64,000 bases of DNA from an uncultured virus (IMG/VR IMGVR_UViG_3300005526_000008) (lineage: Duplodnaviria > Heunggongvirae > Uroviricota > Caudoviricetes): positions 1-64,000 of the IMG/VR virus record IMGVR_UViG_3300005526_000008; one strand, written 5' to 3'. Within the stretch, counting starts at the first letter, position 1. Each line of letters starts with the position of its first letter. Positions 20,101-29,257 of this stretch are shown one piece after another. The notes beneath the pieces were generated by a model, which had not been told where the DNA came from, made no database searches, and was given only the letters and a program-made list of their open reading frames with translations. The position numbers and the translations under genes are program-made.

Positions 20101-20752
20101 AGGCGGTGTAGCTCTCGGCCGTGGTCGAGACAATGACCGTCGATTGCGGCATGCGGTTGCCGAAATGCGACATATCGGCCTCGTCGTAGAGCATGTAGGC
20201 AAGGCCGCGATAGGCCGGGCACGAGGCGCCCGGAATGACGTTCTCCTGCACCCATTTCACCATTTTCGGGTCGGGGAGTTGGGCCTCGTCGCCGGGGTAG
20301 GTGCGGATGGTGAAACGGTACTTGCACTGGTCCTCGGGGAACAGCGCGGTCCAGTCCATGAATAGCTTGCCATCGAGATAGAGCTTCTTGAACGTCACCG
20401 GCCCTTCGCAAACCGCCAGTGCCACGCTCTGGTTGTAGTTGTAGGCGATCGTGCCGAAGGCCTTGCCGACGGTATGCTCGTGGGTGGAGATCGGGCCCTG
20501 CCAGATCATGTTGACCGGCAGCCGCATCGTTCCCCACACGATGGGGATCGGCTTGCCGTAGCTCGAGTTCATGATCTGGACGTCGGGGACCAGCGGCTTG
20601 GCCTTGGCGCGGCCGAAGATCAGCGAGCCGATGATGCCGCCGGCCAGGGAGCCGATCATGGAACCGAACGGCCCGCCCACCATGCCGCCGATATAGCCGC
20701 CGGCCATGCTCAGAGCTGACGTGCCGACCTGGGCTCCCATCTGCGAGCCCAT
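17153..20752 (-). CDS. central tail-tip or host-specificity protein (RcGTA g15-like)
   Basis: SSYGKPIPIVWGT, PAYRGLAY, GTNAALLGAEIIQY, LLRGRRGTEWA motifs; synteny. Confidence 0.85.
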   Translation of the reverse strand: MGSQMGAQVGTSALSMAGGYIGGMVGGPFGSMIGSLAGGIIGSLIFGRAKAKPLVPDVQIMNSSYGKPIPIVWGTMRLPVNMIWQGPISTHEHTVGKAFGTIAYNYNQSVALAVCEGPVTFKKLYLDGKLFMDWTALFPEDQCKYRFTIRTYPGDEAQLPDPKMVKWVQENVIPGASCPAYRGLAYMLYDEADMSHFGNRMPQSTVIVSTTAESYTAWKILARHTTKWWSNYRTAVDWDRGMVFCLYYPRSVYDNLFSYVNWGVITYSIYTMSEVLSADYDRIFFEGGLLPTALGPQFEADWIAGGPSGMVYVAGHNGVHSALITIQPGPMTFSGAYTLMVPRTAPDRYYTCNGIAVYGQGNSTAGVSDMIVGVLSGPGVFLIDPLGMLISNPYPVEYPNGYHEFQLGNDDQISGTRQLWILNGYGGSVDPLYRVLLYTDIIAGQDPSVQGSSGNFKLTGTINLADWGEPLITSVSMSWRTFYYATDDSIIIDAGGQNYIKWSSLTGVGWTGRGAGLGWTNRYADTTLGYIPLTGGGLFQIFFDGDHLFIDIDMATGRVTESPVRTEEAYNNIHWANSAAGVNSNSYGNYVAYVASNVGGFAAAGAGELVVAYMFRVDDRNAVPVATIIRDICHRVGMTDEMLDLNLVTQTTRGYCIQELKSAGAAIADLCHVYQIDMIESDYTLKFIPRGQPSMVTIPQRDLVSLDENDPSQFWRVKEAQQQELPMILSLRFQDVDLDFQTGATYAKRTEAPVPTVWSKRRMTIDLPIITNNLEATQIATKWLWTMWAERDTVQTVLPWKYLWLDPADNVTVNMDSGDIYEVRIEEQHIGADLSIHINAAFEDNTTYELPSTIKGATYGSLPQTVAQAPFADFLQFNVPLLQDSDDTGGVSTRIYYAVGSTAGSWITGEIFRSTDNSATWNDYINIPFSVNWATTLDALGDTAAKFSTDYLNTVTIILNGSSTFPLSCTYDQMLQGTNAALLGAEIIQYQTVTLNNDGSYTLSELLRGRRGTEWATNTHTAGERFIMLQAGKIGGNTLSLAEINVQELWKLVPSGRFLDQAPISAFTYRGFDLMPYAPVWMRRGAVDGTGLNIYWTRRTRMGSPLIDGTDTAPLFEAAELYNAYILPGPGAILVFNPANPLSYTRSYMGLTAATFVYTSGQMTTDSFYQATSTLYLAVYQVSSVVGMGFQGYAELPAY

Positions 20753-20755
20753 GGT

Positions 20756-21190
20756 TCAGATCTCCATGTCGGGGAAAGCCAGCACGTCGATCGCGCGCAG
20801 CGACCGGGTGACCGGGTTGTCGTCGTAGGGTTCCTCGGCCACCCCGGCATCGATCCGGACGTGCAGGATGTGCGGCCGGTACTCCTTCATGGTGAAGAAG
20901 CCGACATGACAGGGCAATTTGACCTGGGCGAACACCCCGATGCAGCCGGTGAGGTTGCCGGTGAGCGACATCGGCTTGAGCCATTTGCGCATCGTGGTCA
21001 GCACCAGGCGGCGCGGATGCGGCTGATGGGAGTAGTCCGGCATGTCCTCGTGCGGCACCCCGAAATATTTCGCCACGACGATGCCGAGGCCGAGGCAGTC
21101 GAGGCCGCGTTCGGTGCGGCCGCGATGCACGAACGGCACGTAAAGCCATTGGCGCGCCTGGAAGACGATTTCGTCGCGGGTCATCCTCAT
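20756..21190 (-). CDS. NlpC/P60 tail-associated peptidase (RcGTA g14-like)
   Basis: ARQWLYVPFVHRGR...GLDCLGL...HVG...H; ATGA overlap at 21187-21190. Confidence 0.85.
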   Translation of the reverse strand: MRMTRDEIVFQARQWLYVPFVHRGRTERGLDCLGLGIVVAKYFGVPHEDMPDYSHQPHPRRLVLTTMRKWLKPMSLTGNLTGCIGVFAQVKLPCHVGFFTMKEYRPHILHVRIDAGVAEEPYDDNPVTRSLRAIDVLAFPDMEI

Positions 21191-22551
21191 GCGTCCGGAT
21201 AGGACAGCATGCGGTCGATGCCGGGGATGTCGGTCTCGGCGCGCATGTTGAGGATATTGTTGAATTTTTTCAGGCAGGTATCGCGCCTCTTGTCGCAGCC
21301 CGGGTGGTACCAGAACTTGTCGTTGATCGCGATCGGCATCATCATGCCGAGATACATCGAAACGGTGTTGCTGGCCGGGTCGTAGGTTTTCAGTTCCATC
21401 GACACGCCGGTATTGTTGCCGGTCATCCACTCGAGCGAACCGGCATCGAGATAGGGGTCGCCGAAATTCTCGATGATGATGCCGCCGAGGATGTCGCCGC
21501 TTTTGGTGACGCTGCCCCGAAGGCCGGTGCCGATGGTTATGGTGAGACCGATCGGCCGGTCGTTGGGGCCGATCCAGGCAAGGCCGGCAAGGGCGAGATT
21601 GCTGTGGATCAGCACGTCGGCGATACGGCCGATCGCCTGCTCCTTCTTGGTGTCGGTGAAGAACTCGACCGTGCAGGTGTTGATGCCGTCGCTGATCTCG
21701 ACGAGGGTGCGGATCGAGACGCTGTTGGTGGTCATGATCGAGGCGGTGGCCCCGTAGCTCGCCCCGGCCGGATAGGACAGCGGATTGGAGTGGAAGCTGT
21801 GGCGATCGAGGACGCCGAGCACGATGCCGATCTGGCGGTAGGCGGGGACGCATTCCCAGACCACCTGGAAGTCCTCGACGTTGGCGCCGACCGTTATCGC
21901 CCACGGTGGCTCGCCCGGGCCGGTGGTGCCCTGGTTCTTCGCTTTGAAGATCGCCTGCATCAGTCCTTCGTCGGTCGGGTTGGTCGGGCGCACGTAGAAC
22001 CCGGCCGGGACGAGTTGGCCGGCTTGCCAGTATTGCGGCTTGATCGGCACCTTGCACTTGCTGTCACCGAGATCGGCCCGGCACAGCGGCGAGTAGAAAT
22101 TGCCCAACTCCTGCACCAGCGCCTGGGTCAGGCCGCGCAGTTCGGCCGAGAAGGTACCGTTCGGCGAGACCACGGTCTCGCCCAGCCAGCCGGTGCGCAT
22201 GCGGATCGGCGTGAAGCCCGGGGATTTCCAGTTGATGAAGAACAGGTAGACCCGGGCGTAGTCGAACATGCGGTTCTTGACGTCGCGCTCGGTGACCCCG
22301 CCGGGACTGTCGCTGAAAAACCCCATCACGTTGAGGTTGTCGATCTGGCCGGTCGAGCCCGACTGGATCGCGGTCTGCGAGAACCCCGCGGTCGACAGGT
22401 AGGTGATGCCCTCAACCACGATGTCGACGTCGAAGGTGGTGAAGCCGAACTGTGCGCCGTCGGTGCGCACGATGTGCCAGCACGCCGCCAGGGTGGTCAC
22501 CCCCTGGGCGAGGTGGGCTTTCATCGTGCTGTCGACGGAGTTTTTCGGCAT
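21187..22551 (-). CDS. baseplate hub protein (DUF2163 plus BR0599, RcGTA g13-like) with internal insertion
   Basis: TTLAACWHIVRTDG, CRADLGDSKC, PGCDKRRDTCLKKFNNILN motifs. Confidence 0.85.
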   Translation of the reverse strand: MPKNSVDSTMKAHLAQGVTTLAACWHIVRTDGAQFGFTTFDVDIVVEGITYLSTAGFSQTAIQSGSTGQIDNLNVMGFFSDSPGGVTERDVKNRMFDYARVYLFFINWKSPGFTPIRMRTGWLGETVVSPNGTFSAELRGLTQALVQELGNFYSPLCRADLGDSKCKVPIKPQYWQAGQLVPAGFYVRPTNPTDEGLMQAIFKAKNQGTTGPGEPPWAITVGANVEDFQVVWECVPAYRQIGIVLGVLDRHSFHSNPLSYPAGASYGATASIMTTNSVSIRTLVEISDGINTCTVEFFTDTKKEQAIGRIADVLIHSNLALAGLAWIGPNDRPIGLTITIGTGLRGSVTKSGDILGGIIIENFGDPYLDAGSLEWMTGNNTGVSMELKTYDPASNTVSMYLGMMMPIAINDKFWYHPGCDKRRDTCLKKFNNILNMRAETDIPGIDRMLSYPDA

Positions 22552-23207
22552 CAGGAGATTTCCCGGATTTCGACGACCGGGATCGAATCCCAGGAGTAGA
22601 TTTCAGTCGTCGTGATGGTGGCCTGCATCTGGTCGACGTCGAAGCGCACCGGCACGTCGAATTCGCAGGCGACGCCGATCTGGTTGTTGGCGACGCCCCA
22701 GATCGCATTGTCGTTGAGCGTGATCAGGCCGTTGGTGGTGTTGACGGACCAGCGCGGCTGGAACACCTCGATGCCGTTGACCATCACGCGAACGCTGCCC
22801 GACACCGGCTTGGTAATGTTGCGGGTATAGACGCGACTGCCGTCGCCGTAGGTCTTAACGATCTGAAAGACCTTGCTGTTGGCGTTGGTGATGAACATCA
22901 CCGGGATCGGCAGCAGGTCGCCGGGGGCGTATTGCCAGCGGGGCACACGATAATCGATCCAGTCACGAAAGCGAAATCCGTAGGCGCGACCGTACCGGGC
23001 GGCAAAAAAATCGATCAGGGTTTCGATCTGCATCTGGGTTTTCAGCCCGTGCTTGACGTCCCATTTGCCGCGCGATTTGCCCCAGTTGATGTTGCGCTGT
23101 TCGGAGCCTGACGACAGCGTCACGACGCTGGTGGAAAACCGCATGCCGCCGACCGCACCCTGGGAAATATCGGGCGGGAACTGCACTTCGTCGAAGGAGA
23201 TGCCCAT
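22551..23207 (-). CDS. distal tail protein (DUF2460/TIGR02217, RcGTA g12-like)
   Basis: FDEVQFP...SGSEQRN...FFAARYGRAYGFRFRDW...EFDVPVRFD. Confidence 0.9.
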   Translation of the reverse strand: MGISFDEVQFPPDISQGAVGGMRFSTSVVTLSSGSEQRNINWGKSRGKWDVKHGLKTQMQIETLIDFFAARYGRAYGFRFRDWIDYRVPRWQYAPGDLLPIPVMFITNANSKVFQIVKTYGDGSRVYTRNITKPVSGSVRVMVNGIEVFQPRWSVNTTNGLITLNDNAIWGVANNQIGVACEFDVPVRFDVDQMQATITTTEIYSWDSIPVVEIREIS

Positions 23208-26200
23208 TACGGAATGCTCCTCGCGCGCGCCCGGGCCATCGCCGTGTTCATGTGGTTCTGGACCTGGTCGCGCGAGGCCATGAAGCTCTGCGCGTCAGGC
23301 GTACTGACGTTCCAGGTGTGGTTGTGAACATCCCCGCCACCCCCGCCACCGCCGAAATTGCCGGCCGAGACGCCGAGCCGGCCGGAGCCGTCGCGGCGCA
23401 ATGGCAGGATCGCCTCGCTGCCGCCCTCACCGGCGATGCCCTGGCCGCCGGCGAAGCGGAATACCGTCGGGGCCTCGACGACGGAGTTGCGCAGGCTGGA
23501 AAGGTTGGTCACGCCGCCATTGGCGAAACGGCGCAGGCCGGGCACGCCGCCCTTGGCGTAGATGCCGGTGGGCGCGAAGGTGGCGCCGCCGCCGCCAAAG
23601 TCGCCGAAGCCGCCGCCCATGCCGCCGCCCATGCCGAAATCGCCGCCCATGCCGCCCATGCCGCCGCTGAAATCGCCGGCCATGCTGGGTGTTGGCACGT
23701 CGGTCCAGCCGCCCTCGCCGCCGCCGAAATCCCCGCCGCCGTAATCCCCGCTAAAACTGCTCTTGTAGGCGCCGCCGACGTCGTAGGAGCTGTCGTAGAA
23801 GCCTGAGTCCGCGGTGCTCTCGGTGCCGTAGTATCTTCCGCCGCCGCCATAGATGTTGGAGCCTTCGAGGCGGTTGCCTGGGCCGCTGCCGATCGAGGCG
23901 CGCGGGCTGCCGCTGAGTGAATCGGTGGCACCGCCGGTTCCCTTGACCGGGTTGCCGAGGATGTATCGGCCGATCAGGCCGCCGGCCTTGTAGGTGCCCT
24001 CGCCGAACAGCTTGTCGGTGCTCCAGCCGGTGAAGCCGCCGGCGTGCTGCATGATGCGCTGGAGCAGGCCGCCCTGGAACAGGTTGCTTATGCCACTGAA
24101 GAGGCCCCCGCCGCCCCCGCCCCCGCCACCGCCGGTGGTGGCGGCGAAGGGCTTGGTCTGGCTGTCGCGCTGCCACGACGGCACGTAGCTGGTGCCGCTC
24201 TTGTCGTCGGCCGCACTGAGGCGCGGACCGCCGCCGACCGACAGACCATCGCTGGCGCCGCTGCCGTCGGGGCGTTCCTCGGCGCCGTTGTAGAGGCCGA
24301 CGACTGCGTCTGTGGCGGTGGCGGCGATGCCGCCAAAGCCCCAGGTGCCGCCGCCGCTCATGTCGGCGGTAGTGCCGCCGGCCATTCCGCCGCCCTCGGC
24401 GGCGTATTGTTCCGTAGCAGTAGCGTAGCTGCCGGCGGTTTGCTTGCTGCCGGCGACCGCCCCGCCGGTGCCCCAGGTGCCGCCGCTGGTGCTGGTGCCG
24501 CTGTCGCCGCTGCCGGAACTGAACAGGTTGCCGATCCAACTGCCGACGCGGCCGAGCATGCCGTAATCCGAGGTGCCGCTTCCGCTGCTGCCGCCCCCGC
24601 CGCCCCCGCCGCCGCCACCGCCTCCGCCGCCCCCGCCACCACCGCCGCCGCTCAAGGCTTGATTGGAAGCCTTCTTGAGCGTGCCGAGGATGTCGTAAAC
24701 GCCGCCGCCCGGTCCTTGCGAATCCCCGGCACTGCCCTTCTCGGGCGTGTCGCTGCCGAATATCGAGTTGAACAGGCCCTGCATCGCCTTTTCGAACGGC
24801 TTGGTGATGAAGGTCTGGATGGCGATCTTCTGCAGCGCGTTGCCGAGGCCGAGCACCGCTTCGCCGGCGGTTTGCGAGCCGGTGAGCACGCTCTCGAACG
24901 AGCCCGAAATCGCGTGTGCCGCACTCTGGGCCGCGTCGCGGTATTCCTGCATCGACCTGGTGCGTTCGTTGAGCGCGTCCTGCTCCTGGTTGGCGCGGAT
25001 CAGATCCTTGCCGGCCTGCGAATCCTGCAGCCCGGGTTCTTTGGAGAACCTTTGCGCCAGTTCGGTGTAGCGCCTGGTGCGGTCGAGCTCGAGCGGATCG
25101 GCGAACGGGCCGGCCGCGTTGAGCGCGTTCTGGACCTGCTGGCTGCGCTGCATGCCTTCCAGGTCGCTCTTGGCCTGGGCCTGGGACTGGGTGAATTCCT
25201 GGGCTTTCGCCAGGTTGAGGAGTTGCTGTTTGCGCGCCTGCTCGTCGACGATGCCGCTGCCGCGCTGGCGCACTTCGGCCTCGACCTGCATCTGCGCGTT
25301 CAGCGCACGCAGCTTCTCGGTCTGCTCCGCGAGCGTGCCGGTATAGGTTTGCTGGATGCGCTGCTGGTCTCCGATCGCGGTCTGGGTTTGCGCCTCGGTC
25401 AGGCGCTGTTCCTGGGTTTGTCCCTGAATGACCCGCCGGCGTTCCAGAGCGGTGGTCGGACCCTGCAACTCCGGCAGTTGGTTTACATCGGGGGTGATGA
25501 CCCGCTGCGCTTCACCGGGCTGGTTGCCCAGCGCGATGCGCCGGTTCGAGGTCTGGACCTCGGCGTCGAGGGCGTCCTTCAGTCCCTGGAGCGTGCGTTG
25601 GCCGGTAGCGAGGTTGTTCGCCTTCAGTCGTTGCGCGACGGCGTTTATTTCCCCGATCAGCCTGGGGGTCTTGTTGCGCCAGTTTGGCTGGATATCGCCG
25701 CCGCGCGTTATGATCCTGTAAGCGTCGGCCGCATCCTCGGGGGTCAGGATGTCGTTTGGATCCGCCCCGCCCGTGCCGCCGCCGGTCGCGCCACCGGCGG
25801 GAGCTGGGGTCGAGGTTACCGGTGTGCCCGGAGTGAGTTGGGTAACCGTCGGCAATTCGGGCTCGCCAACCGAGGTAGCGATCTGGCCCAATGGCAAATT
25901 CAGGTTGACGCCGGGATGGGCCCTGAGCAGGGCCTCGCGCGCGGCGTTGCCCCAGCGCGCGCCGGGGATTTTCGAGGCCACCTGCATCTGCACGTCGGGC
26001 GGAGCGGTGAGCGCGGAAGGATATTGTTTGAGATCGACCCCGGCTTTCGGCGCGAAATCCCGCCAGGTGCTGGGCTCGATCTGCATGTAGCCCTCGGCCG
26101 GCGCGTCGCCATACCGGCCCTCTTTCTGCACGATATTGGAACCGAAGCCCGCGCGGCCGCCGCCGCTTTCGGGGCCCGCGATGATGCCATAGATGCCGGT

Positions 26201-28834
26201 GATCGAAGCCCGCGCGCCGCCGCCGGTCAGCGTCGGGCCGGGCATCTGACCAGCCTGGGTCAAGGTCTGGAGTATCCTGCTGAGTTCGTCGCCGAAGCCG
26301 CGCATCCAGGGCGGCAAAGCCGTGCCGGCGATCGTGGCCGCGGTCTGTTCCGCCAGTTGCCGGCTTTTCTCGTGCAACTGGTTCATCGCCTCGATGATGC
26401 CCGACTGCTTCTGCAGCGCCTCGGCGATGCGCTGTTCCGCGTCGACCTGCCGGACCTTGGCCTCGGCGGTTGCCTTGGCTTTTTCGCCCTCCTCGCCTTC
26501 GATGCGTAACGCGGCCTCGAGCGAAGCCAGGGCCATGGCCGAGGCTTTCTGGTACTCCTGCTGAAGCTGGACCCGTTGCTGGGCCTGCTGCATCGGCACG
26601 CCCTGGTCCAGCAGGCCCTGGACCTGGATGTTGCCTTCCTGGCGACTTTGGACGGCGCCGCGAAGTCGGCCGGCCTGCTCTGCCGCCTGGGCGCCGAACA
26701 GTTGGTAGCTTTCGCGACGGTAGGCTTCCTCGGTGGCTCTGGCCTGGTCGCTGGTGAGCCTGACCTCTTTCCCGATCTCGACGCCGTACTGGTTCCGCGG
26801 CGTGTAGGCGCCTTCACCGGAGGGCAACTGGCCGCTGCGCTTGCGCTGCAGGATGTCGGCCTCGACGCCGCTGGCCAGGGCGTAGGCCTGGCGCGCGATC
26901 GGGTCGGCCCCGGCGAAACGCTGGGCGTCGGTGGCGCGCTGGTTGACCGCCGCGGTTTCGGCGGTGATCTGCGAAACCAGGGCGCGGCCCTGGGTGATGC
27001 GTTGCGACATCGCCACGGAGAGCGCGTCGAACGCGGCTGCGTCGGCGCGCACCGGATCGCCGCTGACTTTGAGGGCCGCCTTGTAGGCGGTGTCGGCGCG
27101 CAGCAGGTCCTCGGCGGCGCTTTGGCCTTTCTCCATCGCCACGGCAAGCTGGTTCTGCAGTTCGATCTGTTCCTGCACAGCCTCGTGCTGTGGCTGGAAA
27201 GTCTGCTGCATCCGCTGTTGATGGGTGAGCTGTTCGATCGTTTGCTCGACGCGGCCGCGGTTCGAGCGATCGTCAAGCTGCAGGGCGGCGTCGAGGCCCT
27301 GGCCGCGCCGCAGGGTGACCGGCTGGCCGGGGCGTATCTGCTGGTAATACTGGATCGCTTCCTGGGCCCGCTGGCGCTGGTTGGGATCCAGTCCCATCAG
27401 GTATTCGGAGATCTGCCCCTGCTCGAGCGCCGCTTCCTCGGGGCGTTGCAGGATGCGTCGCGACCGCTCCAGCCGCGAAATGTCGAACTGGCGCTGCCGT
27501 TCGCCTTCTTCAGCGCCGCCGAATGATTGCGCGTAGGCCCCCGCGACCTTGCCGCGGGGGTCGTCGGTTAGTTTGAGGATGCCTTCGACGCCGAGGATCT
27601 GCTCCGGCCGGGTCTGGCCGAGCGGGCCGAGAACCCCGGCGGCGTCGGTGCGTCGCTGCCAGATCTCGGCTGCCGAGAGCGGCCGCGTGTCTTCTTGTGG
27701 CTTTGGTTCGTAAGCGTTGACGAGGTTCTGGGCGTCGCGTCCCAGGCGGTTGAAGAACGCGCCGAAGAGGCTGTCTTCCTTTTCTCTGCCTTGGCGACTC
27801 CGGATTTCCTGCTCGTTTTGGCCGTACTGGCCCTGCGTCAGGTGGCGGAAGAGGTTGGTGACCGTGTTGTTTTCGGAGAACTCAGCAAACCGGTTGTAGT
27901 ATTTCTCGTACTGGGCGCGCTCTTCCGGCGGCAGGCCCTGGATGCGCGCGAATTCCCTGCGTTCTTCGTTGTCGGGGGTGGCCCAGCCACGGCCCCAGAG
28001 CCCGGCCCGGCCAAAAAAGTTGCCGGTAAGGCTGTATTTGCGCTCGAGGTCCTCGAGTTCGTCGCGACGCCGTTGGTTTGTCTGCTCCTGCCGCTGGGTG
28101 CTGACATTCTGCTGGTCCATCAGCGCGCGTACGCTTGCCTCGCGTGCCTCGCGCTGACGGGTGAGTTCGGGAATGTAGGGTTGCCGCTCCAGGCGGAGCA
28201 TGTCGGCGCCGGAGAACTGGTTGCCGAAGATGCCCTGCGCGACCCGCAAGCCGGCTTCCGAATCGCGGAACTGGCCGAGTTGGTTCCTGATCCGGTCGAG
28301 CACCATGTCGGCGCGGTTGACCGGGATGCCCTCGAGGCTGACCTTCAACTGGTCGAGCATCACCCGGGTCTGGTTACCCTCGGCGGTTTGCCCGCGCAGC
28401 GCCGCGGTGATGCGCGACAAGCCGGTTGCCAGGTCGGCGTTGGTGACGTTGAGTTGCTGGGCCTTGCTGACGAAGCGGTCGATGCCCTCGACCGAAGTTT
28501 GCATCTGCAGCGCGAAGCCCTGCGCCTGGGTCAGCATCTGGGAGTATTGGGCGAACGCCTGCTGCGAGCCCGACATCGCGCCGCGCAGCGTATTGAGTTG
28601 CGTCACCAGTCCTTCGAGGGTGCCGCCGTAGCTCTTGGTGGCGTCGGCCAGCTTGCTCAGTTCGCTGGCATTCGCGCTGTAGGAGGTGGAGAGGTCGGTG
28701 AAGTTCGAGACCAGTTGCTTGCTGGCGGCCCCGGTCAGTTGGGCTTGCTGGACCAGGGTCTGGAGAACGGAAACAGCGCGTTGTGCGGCGGAAGAGTCGA
28801 TGTCGAACGAGAGTGAGGCGCTGCTGCCGCTCAT
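23207..28834 (-). CDS. tape measure protein with embedded lysozyme-like domain
   Basis: 1875 aa, Ala/Gln-rich helical; lies between chaperone and distal tail gene; C-terminal FANGGV...AGEGGSEAILPLRRDGSGRLGV. Confidence 0.9.
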   Translation of the reverse strand: MSGSSASLSFDIDSSAAQRAVSVLQTLVQQAQLTGAASKQLVSNFTDLSTSYSANASELSKLADATKSYGGTLEGLVTQLNTLRGAMSGSQQAFAQYSQMLTQAQGFALQMQTSVEGIDRFVSKAQQLNVTNADLATGLSRITAALRGQTAEGNQTRVMLDQLKVSLEGIPVNRADMVLDRIRNQLGQFRDSEAGLRVAQGIFGNQFSGADMLRLERQPYIPELTRQREAREASVRALMDQQNVSTQRQEQTNQRRRDELEDLERKYSLTGNFFGRAGLWGRGWATPDNEERREFARIQGLPPEERAQYEKYYNRFAEFSENNTVTNLFRHLTQGQYGQNEQEIRSRQGREKEDSLFGAFFNRLGRDAQNLVNAYEPKPQEDTRPLSAAEIWQRRTDAAGVLGPLGQTRPEQILGVEGILKLTDDPRGKVAGAYAQSFGGAEEGERQRQFDISRLERSRRILQRPEEAALEQGQISEYLMGLDPNQRQRAQEAIQYYQQIRPGQPVTLRRGQGLDAALQLDDRSNRGRVEQTIEQLTHQQRMQQTFQPQHEAVQEQIELQNQLAVAMEKGQSAAEDLLRADTAYKAALKVSGDPVRADAAAFDALSVAMSQRITQGRALVSQITAETAAVNQRATDAQRFAGADPIARQAYALASGVEADILQRKRSGQLPSGEGAYTPRNQYGVEIGKEVRLTSDQARATEEAYRRESYQLFGAQAAEQAGRLRGAVQSRQEGNIQVQGLLDQGVPMQQAQQRVQLQQEYQKASAMALASLEAALRIEGEEGEKAKATAEAKVRQVDAEQRIAEALQKQSGIIEAMNQLHEKSRQLAEQTAATIAGTALPPWMRGFGDELSRILQTLTQAGQMPGPTLTGGGARASITGIYGIIAGPESGGGRAGFGSNIVQKEGRYGDAPAEGYMQIEPSTWRDFAPKAGVDLKQYPSALTAPPDVQMQVASKIPGARWGNAAREALLRAHPGVNLNLPLGQIATSVGEPELPTVTQLTPGTPVTSTPAPAGGATGGGTGGADPNDILTPEDAADAYRIITRGGDIQPNWRNKTPRLIGEINAVAQRLKANNLATGQRTLQGLKDALDAEVQTSNRRIALGNQPGEAQRVITPDVNQLPELQGPTTALERRRVIQGQTQEQRLTEAQTQTAIGDQQRIQQTYTGTLAEQTEKLRALNAQMQVEAEVRQRGSGIVDEQARKQQLLNLAKAQEFTQSQAQAKSDLEGMQRSQQVQNALNAAGPFADPLELDRTRRYTELAQRFSKEPGLQDSQAGKDLIRANQEQDALNERTRSMQEYRDAAQSAAHAISGSFESVLTGSQTAGEAVLGLGNALQKIAIQTFITKPFEKAMQGLFNSIFGSDTPEKGSAGDSQGPGGGVYDILGTLKKASNQALSGGGGGGGGGGGGGGGGGGGGSSGSGTSDYGMLGRVGSWIGNLFSSGSGDSGTSTSGGTWGTGGAVAGSKQTAGSYATATEQYAAEGGGMAGGTTADMSGGGTWGFGGIAATATDAVVGLYNGAEERPDGSGASDGLSVGGGPRLSAADDKSGTSYVPSWQRDSQTKPFAATTGGGGGGGGGGLFSGISNLFQGGLLQRIMQHAGGFTGWSTDKLFGEGTYKAGGLIGRYILGNPVKGTGGATDSLSGSPRASIGSGPGNRLEGSNIYGGGGRYYGTESTADSGFYDSSYDVGGAYKSSFSGDYGGGDFGGGEGGWTDVPTPSMAGDFSGGMGGMGGDFGMGGGMGGGFGDFGGGGATFAPTGIYAKGGVPGLRRFANGGVTNLSSLRNSVVEAPTVFRFAGGQGIAGEGGSEAILPLRRDGSGRLGVSAGNFGGGGGGGDVHNHTWNVSTPDAQSFMASRDQVQNHMNTAMARARARSIP

Positions 28835-28840
28835 CGCGAT

Positions 28841-29257
28841 TTACCCACCTCGTTGTTCCGCCGCCTTGTGTTCATCCTCGATATCCTCGAACGGATGACC
28901 TTTCTCGTTGCAGACCTTAAGCCACACCCGGTCGAGGCTCAAAATCACGTCGATTTCCCAAGGCTCTAGCGAGATCTGGGAAAGCCGGCACCAGGCGTCG
29001 ATCTCCATCCAGTTCAACGCCGAGATCTCGTGACGGCCGCGCGAGATCAGGTTGAACCACTCGAACAGGTAGAATAGCTGCCGTGGCTGCGGTGGCGCCA
29101 TCAATGCGATCTTGTGCGGTTTCTTGCGCGCCCGCCGATAGTTTCTGAGCGCGTCCGCGACTATTCCGCTGCCTGCAGGTCCGGGGAGGGGCTTGTGGAT
29201 TCGGAACTGGTATCGGGCGTAGCGTTCGAGGGCACTGGTGGCGCCGGCAAAAAATTT
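28841..29257 (-). CDS. tail assembly chaperone T segment, probably reached by -1 frameshift
   Basis: Frame overlapping the end of 29161-29706; reads ...WFNLISRGR...LNWMEIDAWCRL...LEPWEIDVILSLD. Confidence 0.7.
   Translation of the reverse strand, partial: KFFAGATSALERYARYQFRIHKPLPGPAGSGIVADALRNYRRARKKPHKIALMAPPQPRQLFYLFEWFNLISRGRHEISALNWMEIDAWCRLSQISLEPWEIDVILSLDRVWLKVCNEKGHPFEDIEDEHKAAEQRGG

Noticed and set aside
20756..22057. 433-aa ORF as listed in the track
   Set aside because: The upstream part overlaps the hub gene; the NlpC/P60 protein starts at 21190.
24590..24649. G-quadruplex or microsatellite
   Set aside because: Explained by poly-Gly coding with mixed codons.
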